Below, piece after piece: positions 51,366 to 64,000 of a DNA stretch of 64,000 nucleotides. Location of the stretch: positions 8,866,001-8,930,000 of the forward strand of contig OX597834.1 in assembly GCA_951406725.2 (NCBI GenBank). The letters are read 5' to 3'. Below the pieces are notes generated by a model. That model worked only from the letters and a program-made list of their open reading frames with translations, ran no database searches and was not told the origin of the DNA. Numbering within the stretch: position 1 is the stretch's first letter; the number at the start of each line of letters is the position of its first letter. Source of the DNA: Octopus vulgaris (Eukaryota). Position numbers and translations under genes: made by a program.

Positions 51366-51487
51366 TACATTTTACATTTGACAATCTCTTTCTAAACAAG
51401 TAAAACTGAATAAATATCTTTAAAATTACATTTTCAAAGCTTCTTTCATATATATTTCCACTCGTACGGCGTCTTACATCTTTACTT

Positions 51488-51690
<203 letters not shown>

Positions 51691-52003
51691 AATAATATTA
51701 AAATTCAATTATCCGCACCAACGCACGGTTGCAACACCAAATGGTTTTATCTCCAACCGTGCTTTCTTCTGCTGTGATTTTTGCTACCAAGGTATCGGTT
51801 AAACTTTTGATTAATCTGCACAAGATTATTCATCTTTCTATTTTACCAAATATATATATATATATATATATATCGCAGTTTCGGGCGAAGAGCACGTAAC
51901 TTGAATTTAAGAGCACTCATGTTATTACTTGTCTAACAGCAATTAAACGTATTCCTGCAGATTAAGCGCCCACACACGATTCTTGCTGAAAAATATTCAA
52001 TTA

Positions 52004-52837
52004 AGCGAGGGCATACCCAAAAGAAACCGGAATTTTGCAATATTTTATTATTCAAAAAATGTTTCCCGTTTTTTCACTTTTATTGCCTAGAATGTAGTCT
52101 CCAGTTGCAGGAATGTATCGATTCAGATGCGTTTTCTAGTGTTCGAAGAAGTAGTGGAACTCTTAGAAAGTGATGCTTTTAAAACCTTCGTCGTTTATTT
52201 CTTCAACACTTCGACATCTGCAGAACGATGTCCTTTAAGTACATTTTTGTTGTTATAAATCATGCAAACGTGCCACAAGATTAGTTGCAACTCTCTTCCC
52301 ATTCGCAATTCCTCGCACAAAAGTCGTAGGCAGGAGCTCCAGGACACCACACTAATATCAATAGTTTTATCAATTATTCAGCGAAGGTCCTCCAAGATCA
52401 GTACATGAATTTCCCTGATGTTTTCATTAGTTCAGGAACTTAATTTTCGCCCTGTACACGATTGGTGTTCAAATAAGTAACCATTCCTAAAGTGTGAAAA
52501 CCACTCCTAAACTTGTGTTTTGCTCATAGCAGCATCGCAGCAAGCTCTTTGAAGCATGACAACTGTGTTGGCCGTCTTTATCCCCATCCCCAGCGGAAAA
52601 CAGAATTTCTCGGAAGCAGCCTGTTCCTTCGTTTCAGTCATTGCAAACATCGACAAACAAGGGAGAAGTACTGTAAATCAAAGACGCACGACATAGCAGT
52701 ACGACTGCACTTGAAGTTGATGATCGGCAGACTGATGCCTGAGGATTGTATCAAGTGGCCTCTAGCGGCAGAAGCCTAAACCCCAATGGGCTTGTCCCTC
52801 AGAGAAGGTTTCCAGTCACTTTTATGTACCCTCTCTT
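52004..52837 (-). mobile_element. Internally deleted, decayed mariner transposon
   Basis: Minus strand ..AAMSKTQV*EWFSHFRNG..TNENIREIHVLILEDLR..SWSSC..EELRM (HTH region), then LKGHR..EF..FFEH*K..GDY (C-terminus); degenerate cgaggg..aaaag TIRs. Confidence 0.8.
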
Positions 52838-53043
52838 ATATTAATCATAAATATTCATCTCCGATAATATTATATGACTATAATCATACCAGCTTGAAAC
52901 TGGAGTTTTTCTTGTTTTGGTCACAAATTGAGAAACGTTACACACCGAACATCTTTTGTTTTACACTTGTAATTTAAGGTTTGTTTTAACCTTCTCACTT
53001 TTAGTTCTGTCTCTTTCCACGTTTACTTCATTAGTATGGCACT

Positions 53044-53433
53044 AGTGGGGGCGCAATGGCCCAGTGGTTAGGGCAGCGGACTTGCGGTCATAGGATCGCG
53101 GTTTCGATTCCCAGACCAGGCGTTGTGAGTGTTTATTGAGCAAAAACACCTAAAGCTCCACGAGGCTCCGGCAGGGGATGGTGGTGATCCCTGCTGTACT
53201 CTTTCGCCACAAATTTCTCTCACTCTTACTTCCTGTTTCTGTTGTACCTGTATTTCAAAGGGCCGGCCTTGTCACTCTCTGTGTCACGCTGAATATCCCC
53301 AAGAACTACGTTAAGGGTACACGTGTCTGTGGAGTGCTCAGCCACTTAAACGTTAATTTCACGAGCAGGCTGCTCCGTTGATCGGATCAACCAGAACCCT
53401 CGTCGTCGTAACCGACGGAGTGCTTCCATCCAT
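53044..53433 (+). mobile_element. tRNA-derived SINE family C, full length with 9-bp TSD
   Basis: A-box tggcccagtgg, B-box gtttcgattccc; tatggcact at 53035-53043 and 53434-53442. Confidence 0.9.
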
Positions 53434-53621
53434 TATGGCACTGTTTTTTGCCTAAATTTTAGGGATGTCTTTAAACGTAACTGCTCTATTTTACGGATGT
53501 ATTTTATGTTCTTTAGAATTTCATCGTTTCTTTTATATCACGGTTACATTTTCATTTCTTGCTTGCTAATAATCATACCTTAACAACATTTTTCATGGTC
53601 GCAGATACATACTAATTAATT

Positions 53622-53783
53622 CGACGGGCTTATTTCAGTTTCCGTCCACCAAATTTACTAATAAGGAGTTGGTCGGTCCGAGGCTATAGTAGAAGGCCCT
53701 TGCCCAAGGTGCCACGCAGTGGGACTAAACCCGGAACCATGTGGTTACGAAGCAGGCTTCTTATCACACAGCCCCTCCTCCGC
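53622..53783 (-). mobile_element. SINE family A, 5' half
   Basis: cgacgggct..gccacgcagtgggact..cctccgcc. Confidence 0.85.
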
Positions 53784-55904
53784 CATGTTGAAAAATATTT
53801 AGAGTTTGTTTATTGAATGTAAAAACCGAATCACATATAACAGCACTCTTCATACACGTTTATTACATCTGTCACGTTAAATCACTAAGCTGTTACAATA
53901 ATTTTGCTTAGTTTCACATATAAATCTAGCCATACATAATTTTCTCTCACACGCATACAAGCAAGTAATAGCAAATCGTTTCGGTAAATGCCGTGCCTAA
54001 TGTTTCTGACGTGGTGTGGTAAATGGTTTGGGCGCAGTATTTGATATATATACCCTGGGTGTATGAAAGGACAGGTAATAAACGTTTATTATACTGGTGT
54101 TGTTGCTTAGCCCTGTATCAGCTGAGAGGAAGGAAACCCATGATGAAGCATATTCTGATAATCAATCATGCAGCTTACATTTAATCTTAGAAGAGCTTTT
54201 GATGCCGTATATGTCCTTTCCATTCTCAGGGTTGACGATATGTTTCAGAAGAATTGGCTGCTCTTTCTTTCTGTCGGTAGAACTGAATAATGTTTTCTAT
54301 TATGTTAATACTTTTTTCCCCTCTTGTTGAGTTTTATTTGGAATATTTACATTTAAAGCATCTATTTATGTTACATTCAAGTTTGTCATATCTTTGCAGT
54401 GAATGAATGGATATTACATATCATCCGTGGTTAGGACTGACATATATTATCGGGTGTCATCTTGGATTTGAAAGGCTCCTGTGTGGAGGTTATAGCTTTA
54501 TTTCTTCTATCATAGAAATGTGAATAGGAAAAGTGGAAATCATATTAAAAATTCAATCAATGGAGCTTTTGCTGCTGGTTGTATGATGTCAGTGATGTTC
54601 TCGGTCGTATGTATGTTGCTGTGTGTGTGTGTGTTGCTCTAAATATTTATGGTGATGGTGATGATGATATCGGTTTTGTGGATATTAGTGTTTATATTGA
54701 TGTTATTGATGGTTGTGGTGCTGTTGGCAGAGGGTCAATAAGCAGCCTTTCACATATAAATCAAACCCAATGCCAATGAGGATAATTTAACCATAACCTA
54801 CTGCTTATTCCAACGACATTAACTCAAGAAACATTTCTCATAAATAAAGAATGATCCCCACTTTATTGCTTAACTTTCTTATTATAATTCTGGCTCTCTT
54901 CTATCAAAAATACAGACAGACATATAAACACATACATAATCAGAGAGTCGTTAAACTCATAAATGTGCACACTCTAGCAATTTTAAGTCTATATTTGCTA
55001 TTTCCACCATTTTGTTTCATTCTTCCCTCCACAATGTCTTCGAAACTAATCAATCTTTCTAGATCGTCGTTTTCGTTAGATATGAATATTTTCATTGCTT
55101 CAATTTCGTTGGCTTCATTTCTTCTATATCTTGTTAAGCTTCTCTCAATTTATTTCCCATTTCAACTTGTCTCAGTACTTCCTCTATCATTTCATTTCTT
55201 ATTGTATAATGTCACTATTTCATTGTCCCCTCTCTCTATTAATATCTATATATTTTCCTTTATAATTTATCCCTCTAAAGTTGTAACAATCTATCTTATA
55301 TTCTCTCTCATACACATTGTTCACAATTTCTATTATTTTCTCTTCCTTAATCTCTATATAAATCTTTATATATTTATCAAATTTCCTCGCAACCTATCCT
55401 TGTATATCTACTATATTATACTCTCTTCTTATTCTATTTACATTTCTCTACATTAATTTATCCATATCAGTAAAAATTCTTCCCATAAGCGAAAAACACA
55501 GACACCAATGGAGAAGAACACGGTCGATGTCTTTCACATATATTTACCGGCATTTCAAATTTTGAAATAAAAAATGTTTTTAAACACTTTCCTAGGTGTC
55601 CATAATCCACATTCTATTATATATATAAATATATACACGCATTGAGTCGAAACAGGGGCAGCTGATGAAGGGGAATATTCCTTGTATTGTTTGTCTTGTA
55701 CTCTGTTTTTTTCGTTGTTAAAAGAAGTTCGTTTACTTGTTTAATTTTATGTTTACATTTCTCGTTGTGTTCTACGTTTATTTGTGGTGTCCTGTACTCA
55801 TATATGCATGTATATATACATATAGATGTAGGTATGTACATATATGTATGTATGCATATGTTTATTTACTAAATTGTTATATATATATATATATATATAT
55901 ATAT

Positions 55905-56302
55905 AGGCGCAGGAGTGGCTGTGTCGTAAGTAGCTTGCCTACCAACCACATGGTTCTGGGTTCAGTTCCACTGCGTGGCATCTTGAGCAAGTGTCTTCTG
56001 CTATAGCCTTGGGCCGACCAAAGCCTTGTGAGTGGATTTGGTTGACGGAAACTGAAAGACGCCTGTCGTATATATGTATATATATATATATGTATGTATA
56101 TGTTTGTGTCTGTGTTTGTCCCCCTAGCATTGCTTGACAACCGATGCTGGTGTGTTTCCGTTCCCGTCACCTAGCGGTTCGGCAAAAGAGACCGATAGAA
56201 TAAGTACTGGGCTCGCAAATAAGTTCCGGGGTCGATTTGCTCGACTAAAGGCGGTGCTCCAGCATGGCCGCAGTCAAATGACTGAAACAAGTAAAAGAGT
56301 AT
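55905..56302 (+). mobile_element. SINE family A, full length
   Basis: Canonical. Confidence 0.95.
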
Positions 56303-56350
56303 ACATATATATATATATATACATAGAGAGAAAGAGATACATATATACAC

Positions 56351-57033
56351 ATGTATGTATGTATGTATGCATGTCCATATGTATACCTGTGTGTGTGTGT
56401 GTGTGTGTATTTCTTGACTTGATTTTATCATCCGTGTGCTGTATTCCTCAGGCCTCCTTATTTCATAGCATGAATTCCGCATCATGTTGGATAAGTGTGT
56501 GTCAGTTTTATAGAGGCTCAATTCCATTTTTCATTTGTATAGTTATTGTCCTACTTGCAGTTGATGGACCGTTTCAGCATGGAACAAAAGAAGGGAAAGA
56601 TTTGTATTGCCGATCATCACCTTATTTGAACTTTTGCTTAAAATTCCTTGCTGTTGACACGGAGAATGATTTAAGGCATTCTTCTTTCCATTAAAATTCA
56701 TAACGTGCTTGAATTCGAGAGAGACAATGACTGAGAACTCAGCGAGAGAATGAGTAAGCGTAAGAGAAAAGAGGAGACAGGCACATCGATAGCAAGAGAA
56801 AGGGTGACAGGGACAGGTTCAGAACCTAAGAGAGCGGGAATTAAACATTGGAGTGTAAAATTTTTGAAGTTATGTGTAAAAAGTATATTATACATTTACC
56901 TAATATGATGCAGATTTCATGTTATCAAATAAGAAAAAATAAGGAATACAGCACACATATGATAATATCAAGTCGATAAATAAACACACACACACTCACA
57001 CACAGGTATACATACATAGGTACATACATACAT
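56351..57033. repeat. Diverged inverted repeat, ~140-bp arms, ~390-bp spacer
   Basis: gtatacctgtgtgtg..gacttgattttatcatccgtgtgctgtattcct..catgaattccgcatcat versus atgatgcagatttcatg..aggaatacagcacacatatgataatatcaagtc..cacacaggtatac. Confidence 0.8.
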
Positions 57034-57039
57034 AAGGAA

Positions 57040-57244
57040 CACTCAGTCGGTTACGACGACGAGGGTCCCAGCTGATACGATCAACGGAACAGCTTGCTCG
57101 TGGAACTAACGTGCAAGTGACTGAGCAATCCACAGACACGAGTACCCTTAACGTAGTTCTCAGGGAGAATCAGCGTGACACAGAGTGTGACAAGGCCGGC
57201 CCTTTGAAATACAGGTACAACTCATTTTTGCCAGCTGAGTGGAC
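57040..57244 (-). mobile_element. 3' part of a SINE family C-related element
   Basis: Reverse complement of gtacctgtatttcaaagggccggccttgtcac...ccctcgtcgtcgtaaccgac. Confidence 0.85.
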
Positions 57245-57262
57245 ATACATACATACATATAT

Positions 57263-57429
57263 AGGCGCAGCAGCCGCTGTGTGATAAGTAGCTTGCTTAC
57301 CAGCCACCTGGTTCCGGGTTCATTCCCACTGCGTGGCACCTCGGGCAATTGTCTTCTACTATAGCCTCGGGTCGACCAAATACTTGTGAGTGGATTTGGT
57401 AGACAGAAACTGAAAGAAGTCCGTCTTAC

Positions 57430-57467
<38 letters not shown>

Positions 57468-57690
57468 ACTTATGTATGTGTGTGTATATGTTTGTGTTTT
57501 TGTGTTTGTCCCACCAACATCGCTTGACAACCGATGCTGGTGTGTTTATGTCCCCGTAACTTAGCGGTTCGGCCAAAGAGTCCGACAGAATAAGTACTAG
57601 GCTTGCAAAAGAATACGTCCTGGGGTCGATTTGCTCGACTAAAGGCGGTGCTCCAGTATAGACACAGTCAAATGACTGAAACAAGTAAAA
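57263..57690 (+). mobile_element. SINE family A, full length
   Basis: Canonical. Confidence 0.93.
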
Positions 57691-57822
57691 CTATATTATA
57701 ATGTTTGGAAGGAATTATGACGCTCGAAAGAATAACTAAGTAGGTACGAAATAAAACAATAGCATTTTAGACCTATTTATCGTTTATCTTTTATGTTTTA
57801 CATTTTACTTCTTACCATTATT

Positions 57823-58142
57823 AGACTGCGGCCATGCTGGAACGTCGCCTGGAATTTTTAGTTGAATGAATTCACCCCACTACTTATATTTTAAGTCTGG
57901 TTGTTGCTCTATCGATCTGTTATGCCGAACTGATAAGTTACGGGTACATAAACAAAGAACACCAGTTGTCGAGGTGATGGGTGGGAACAGACACACACCA
58001 GGATTCTTTCGGTTTCTGTCAACCAAATCCTCTCACAAGGCTTTGGTCGGCCCGAAACTATAGTAGAAGCCACTTCCTCAAGATGCCACTCAGTGGGACT
58101 GAACCCAGAACCATGTGTTTGCGAAGCAAGCTTCTTACCACA
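57823..58142 (-). mobile_element. Old SINE family A copy
   Basis: gactgcggccatgctgg..cacaaggctttggtcggcccg..cagtgggactgaaccc. Confidence 0.8.
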
Positions 58143-59584
58143 CGCGATATTAGTATCAATTTTTGATAGACGTTTAAGAAAGACGGGTATATGTGCACTC
58201 AATGAGAGAAGAGTTGGATTTGTATTTAAATTGTCTTGTTGTGCATTTGAATCTTAAGAGTGAACGAAGGAATCGATATTAAAAAGGAAGAATTTACGAC
58301 GTTTGGCAATGATACCCGGGAAAGTTGTCGATCAATTAAAGTATATTCTATATCTCTTACCTCGGTTTTAGAGTTTCCGTGTGTTCGCGTGTTGACGCTT
58401 TAAATATCATGCTAACACTATAAATAACGTTGATTAGACATGGAAAACCCAGAAAAAAATCGGAATATTTAGTAGTTACGTTTCACACGATCTTCAAGAT
58501 AGATAAAAATGAAAAAAAAGATAATCGAAAATTCCGAGAAACTCGCTGCAAATAAAATCTTAATAAGCTAAAATGTGAAGGCCTGATAAAAGGTCTTCCA
58601 AAGGAAGGCAGAGGTCCATAAATTCACTGAAATTACACAACCGAATTACAACTAAAAGCAGTTTGTTGGGTCATGTTTATAGTTATTTGCTTTGAACTGC
58701 TATGCGAGCTGTGTATTTCATCGTCTTTAAACTTGTGTAGTCGTGAATAAAGACGCTACAAGAGCAATGAGTCTGACAGCATAGTTTGCTTGGTCACTCA
58801 CAGGAGTGAATCTCTGATCAACTCACAACTCAAATAGTCTCCAAGTGACCGACCGATCTGGAACAAATAAACAAAATTGCTTCAAATCATCCTCCACTCC
58901 GTACTATCATAAATAATAAAATGAAATGCTAAATAATGTAGTCATATAAGTCTAAAACGTAGGGTATCTTTACAATTTAAATGCGATTATATTAAGGGCC
59001 ACCACCGCAAGTTGACTGAAGATTAAACTTTAAATGATAGGCAGAGGGTGTATGTTGCAGTAAGCAACTGTCTTCCTCACTACCATTTCGTTGATATTCC
59101 TATCCCATCAATCTTATTTAAAAATCCGACTCCGTTGTTATCTTATTTCCGACCAACTTATTATCGAGACGAAATGAGATAAAAGTTGGGCAAACAATTA
59201 ACTGGTATGTTCTATTTCTTTAGTTATATTGTCAAGTTGATATCTTTCAAGATGGCATGCGGTTACAGTTTCAAGGAGATATATTGCTAATTCTTGGAAG
59301 TAAAATCTCGCAATGCTGCCTATTTTATCGGAGCAAAAGCAACGTTGCCCTACCTCGCGTGTAAACAAATTCGGATGTGCAATCTAATTCATAAAATCTT
59401 TAAGACGAGTATCATACATAACTCTTCGGGTATTTTTAACAGGAAAGATTTCTGACGTTTCCGTTCTCTATTGCATTCCATTTAAATATTTAGCGTCTAC
59501 ACATCTATCTTTGTCGTCAATATGTTTCCACATTTAAATCTATATATCTATCTATTTGTCTGTCTGTCTGATGGCTGTCTGTCT

Positions 59585-59790
59585 ATATCTATATGTCTAT
59601 ATCTATATGTCTATATCTATATGTCTATATCTATATGTCTATATATCTATATGTCTATATATCTATATGTATATATGTCTATATATCTATATGTCTATAT
59701 ATCTATATGTCTACATATCTATATGTCTATATCTATATATCTACATGTCTATATCTATATATCTACATGTCTATATCTATATATCTACAT
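59585..59790. repeat. (atctat/atgtct) compound repeat
   Basis: Direct reading. Confidence 0.9.
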
Positions 59791-59930
59791 ATTTAACATC
59801 TACACATCTATGTTTATCGCTCCGCTCGAGATGTTAAATCTTCCTTTCCTTTCCTGAGCGTCCAATATCATTTAACTTGTTCCACGTTCTCGCGTTGTTG
59901 TGTTTTCTCTTTGTTCATGTTTGGATTAAC

Positions 59931-59963
<33 letters not shown>

Positions 59964-60561
59964 CGAGGGGATATGAACACACGCGTGCGCGCACACACAC
60001 ACCTTTATGTCAAATAAATTTTCGATTAAGTTATGTTAACCTTCTATCTCCAAAAGAGATAGAAGGTTAATATAACTAAATCCTTCATCCACCATATTTG
60101 ATGATATAATCCATATACTTCTCCATATAACATTTCGCATCTCAATCGCAGAACCTTTGTACAGAGTTAGTTACAAACCAATGACTACGACTGCTCGACG
60201 ACTTTGAATTATTATGTCGAGAGCGTAGGTGTCGTCAATGTCTGCCTTTTTCTGTAAGCTGTAATGAATTTCAGTGCGTACACACGTATTAATAAATCAC
60301 CTAATTGCAAAGACACAGACATATACACATAAACGCTCACAGACAAACACAAATACACACGCAATTAGAATATAAATTATAAATGAATCTAATTTACCGA
60401 CGACATTCGGTGTCCGATTACAAGTATACTCTAGACGAGAATAAAGCTTCTGTGGTAATAAAGAATGGTCATATGTACGGCTCTTGAGATACAGAATAGC
60501 GTAACATTGAAGAAACGTGTCGAAGGAAGACGGGCCTACAGCAGTAGAATCTACCTATATC

Positions 60562-60780
60562 TCTCTTTACTCTCTTTTACTCTTTTACTTGTTTCAGTCA
60601 TTTGACTGCGGCCATGCTGGAGCACCGCCTTTAGTCGAGCAAATCGACCCCGGGACTTATTCTTTGTAAGACAAGTACTTATTCTATCGGTCTCTTTTGC
60701 CAAACCGCTAAGTGACGGGGACATAAACACACCAGCATCGGTTGTCAAGCAATGCTAGGGGGACAGACACAGACACACAA

Positions 60781-60832
<52 letters not shown>

Positions 60833-61015
60833 TTATATATATATATATATATGACAGGCTTCTTTCAGTTTCCGTCTGCCAAATCCACTCACAAGGCATT
60901 GGTCGGCCCGGGGCTATAGCAGGAGACACTTGCCCAAGATGCCACGCAGTGGGGCTGAACCCGGAACCATGTGGTTGGTTAGCAAGCTACTTACCACACA
61001 GCCACTCCTGCGCCT
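60562..61015 (-). mobile_element. SINE family A, full length
   Basis: Canonical. Confidence 0.95.
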
Positions 61016-61586
61016 ATCTAGTCAGGAAGAACATTGTCAGGAAGAACAATTGAATATGGGTAGAAATTGATATTAATCAATTAAAACCAGTGGCCTAGCA
61101 TATTGAAAAAATTCCAAGTTTAAGATATTTTTTACATAAAAAAGTTCGCATATACATATGCGTGAATATTAACAAGCAAAACTGATGGGTACATAGGTAA
61201 TCGTATTTATTTTGTATATTTTCATTTGTCTTGCTTATTTTTTACACTTTGGTTTTGTGCTGAGATTTTTCTTGAGAACACATTCTTCGTGGAAAAGAGC
61301 GATTTTGACGTTATATCTAGCATATTGACAGTCCACTTTTAGTGGTCAGTCCTTTAAATTTTGTATGTCTAGTCAGAAAGATTTACACATACATAAATAT
61401 ATATATTTACACATACAAACACAGACACGCTCACACAGTCACACAGAAACAGGCAAAAACTCACGCACACACATAACATATACTCAATAAAATAAAAACA
61501 GGGAAGTTTCGTAAATTTGTAAGTGTATGTTACACATGATTCATTACAGGTTAGGCGGTACAAGGTATATCCATTTTATTTACATT

Positions 61587-61770
61587 TACGAAGGGCTGCT
61601 GAAGAGTTCCTGAATAAAAGAAAATACAAGGGAACCAATTTTATTAGGATTTTATTCACCATATGCCACTCACAGTATCACACAGTTATTGCAGCGGTCT
61701 TTCAGTTTTTTTAAGCTCTCTAAAAGAATTCGGAATGTTTGGCCTTCAACCAGGCCTTTCGTAATATCCA
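61587..61770. mobile_element. mariner-derived MITE, same family as 10515-10726, right end lost
   Basis: tacgaagggctgctgaagagttcctg..ttattgcagcggtc..aggcctttcgt. Confidence 0.65.
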
Positions 61771-61800
61771 TAATACCACACACATTTTAGCTTAGACATG

Positions 61801-62332
61801 TATGAGGTCTGATACGTATGCAGACTGTTGCCATTATAACGGCACTAGACCACGCAGAGTAAAGCCGTTTGACAAAGATTGACCATGAACTCTGCTGTGC
61901 ATACGCACTCAGGTTTAATGTTCTAGTTTACTTCAGCTTTTTACAGCAGTGCTCTGAATGAAGGTGTGTAACATCTGATCGCCACATTGACGATGATAGA
62001 GCAAGGTGCCATGGCGATATCTGGACAGAGGCCTACGCAAAGTTACAGAATGTTTGTGGAGAGGTGTGTTTGAGCCGCACACAAGTGTACGAGTGGTTCA
62101 GACGTTTCCAAGATGGGCGAAATCATGTCGCTATTGACGAATGTTCTGGGAGACCTGCAACCAGCAGAACTGAGAAAAGCATTGCTGATAGTCATGCAAC
62201 TGTGAGGGGGAAATCGTCGAATCAGCATGCGTGAGTTTTCAGAGGATGTGCAGATTAGTTACGGTTCTGTTCAGTCTATTATCACTGAAGATTTGTGTTT
62301 ATGAGACGCGTGTCTACCGAGTTTGTGCCAAA

Positions 62333-62333
<1 letters not shown>
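61801..62333 (+). mobile_element. mariner transposase N-terminal relic (HTH), truncated at (TA)n
   Basis: EAYAKLQNVCGEVCLSRTQVYEWFRRFQDGR..DECSGRPATSRTE..NRRISMRE..ISYGSVQSIITEDL..MRRVSTEFVP, with frameshifts. Confidence 0.88.
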
Positions 62334-62367
<34 letters not shown>

Positions 62368-63068
62368 ATGGGTGGATTTATACATACACATATAGGTATG
62401 TGTGTGTGTATACTTTTAAACAGGTAACATCAGTTACACGTAAAATGATTGATAAAATTCTTCCAGAATCTCATAATTCTCTCGTTCATCTTATATAGCA
62501 ATTTTCTTCCGGCGAGTGAAAAGCGGGAATTAATTTCAAAACTTTTTGGGAATCACAGTTTCATGGGGATAACTCAGATGCTTGCCTGAAGTAAACTTAT
62601 CTCTTCGCTTAAAATTTTTATAGATAAAAACGAAATAAATATAAGTTAACTAGGAATGAATGAGGTATGAGAAGTGAGTGGAATGGAAAAGTAAAGAGAA
62701 AATAGTGTCATATCAAAGATCGTTTGCAACTTGTATATAAAATCTGGTAGAAAGGGGAAGAGAAGAATAGATTAGAGGATGGACAGGTGGATGCTGTGGA
62801 CGTAGAAATTGATAGGTTTCATAAATTAACCATGCTAGGGTACCGTCTTGAAATGATTACCAGAATTTGGCTCGGTGGATCTAGTAGATGAGAACTAATC
62901 AAATTTACGTTAGCACACGTAATTTGGGAATTTCGAAACCTAGGACCTAGTTTATCCACATCTGGGTTGTACATTTATTAAATGTTCTTCCTACAGTTAA
63001 GATGAAATATTCGCCGCCCGCTATCATTTTTGCCACTATAATATATATGATATATAGAGAGAAGCTCT

Positions 63069-63187
63069 GGAGGCGCAATGGTCCAGTAGTTAGGGCAGCG
63101 GACTCGCGGCCGTAGGATCGCTGTTTCGATTCCCAGACCGGGCGTTGTGAGTGTTTGTTGGGCAAAAACACCTAAAGCTCCACGAGG
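63069..63187 (+). mobile_element. SINE family C head (3'-truncated)
   Basis: Matches 53047-53165. Confidence 0.88.
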
Positions 63188-63219
63188 TTAATTGAAATAT
63201 TTATCTTAGCGAAGTTTAG

Positions 63220-63260
<41 letters not shown>

Positions 63261-64000
63261 TAAAGGAATTAAATGTAATTTTATGCTACTTCGTAATAAT
63301 CCTCATTATATATATATATATATATATATATCTTGTTATCATTTTCATTAGCTGGCATATTGTATAGTATACACCTGTTAGTGTCCTGTTACAGCGTGTT
63401 CCCAGTGTTCGTTGGGTATTTGATTAGGTCATCAGGAATTGGTCGCCTCGAAGCTATAAGAAGACAGCTGTTTTTCCATAGTGCTGCAAAACTGAATCTG
63501 AAATCATATGGTAGCAAAACAAGCGTTTTAACCATACTGTGATTCATGTACGTGTTAACATGTGGCTCTAAGCATGGAAGGATACATCAATCACCGCTGA
63601 AGCTTTGGTTTGTGTGGAATGGTAAAATACCATGTATTGGTGGAGGCTGTTTCGGTGTTATTCTATCTACGTTAGGTTTGGAATATTCTTCATTGTGGCC
63701 TCTTCCAACAAACCAGCATTTGTTTTCGTCCTGTTTACATTTCTTTAGTATTTACGTTTCTTTATTTGACATTTGTTTGACACATGTATTTCAATATTCA
63801 TTTTCTTCTCAAGAGACTCAATATTGAACTTGTTACTTCCGCTATTATATCATATGAATTTTCCATTAATTTTAAGTATTTCCTTGTATTTCTTTTAGTA
63901 TTTTCTCGTATTTTCAAGTATTTTCCGGTATTTTCCATTGAAGCTGTCTCTAATTACACTGTAATTTCCAAATAAGTGGTCATTAAGTAGTGTCTAACTC

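Noticed and set aside
53047-53120. tRNA gene (also 63069-63140 and the SINE A heads)
   Set aside because: A/B boxes are present but there is no proper cloverleaf or T-run terminator; sequence continues into a SINE body with TSD
54851-55456. 201-aa hydrophobic ORF
   Set aside because: T/C-rich low-complexity DNA giving L/I/F/S/Y bias; no recognisable membrane-protein or mitochondrial motif
55647-55685. gaaac...ctgatga hammerhead candidate
   Set aside because: No GAAA after the putative stem II and the stems cannot be closed

Overview
AT-rich eukaryotic, repeat-dominated DNA with no host-gene exon I can recognise; it looks intergenic or deep-intronic. The repeat content (dense TA/CA/TG microsatellites, three tRNA-derived SINE families, CR1-like, RTE and Penelope-like retroelements, mariner/pogo MITEs, a Helitron) fits an octopus/coleoid cephalopod genome; this is inferred from recalled repeat families, not from a search. 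Nearly all long ORFs in the supplied track are microsatellite or SINE artefacts. SINE family labels A, B and C are my own. Main points of interest: (1) minimal hammerhead-ribozyme motifs in Penelope-like pieces, including a 127-bp inverted pair with one hammerhead per strand and a multi-copy variant with a CUGUNGA core; (2) SINE family B, whose 3' end repeatedly lands before GG(T/A) and into its own body, making head-body-body multimers; (3) SINE family A sharing its 3' tail with a CR1-like LINE, plus an empty/filled-site pair for a ~70-bp insertion of that tail; (4) a 5'-inverted (twin-priming-like) RTE with three C2H2 fingers, and a short RTE derivative with the same 3' end; (5) a three-level nested foldback transposon with an 8-bp TSD and a telomere-like (CCCTAA)n core; (6) a 4-kb two-triplet CAT/CAC array with higher-order structure. 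Alignments and coordinates were made by eye, so boundaries of old copies are approximate.
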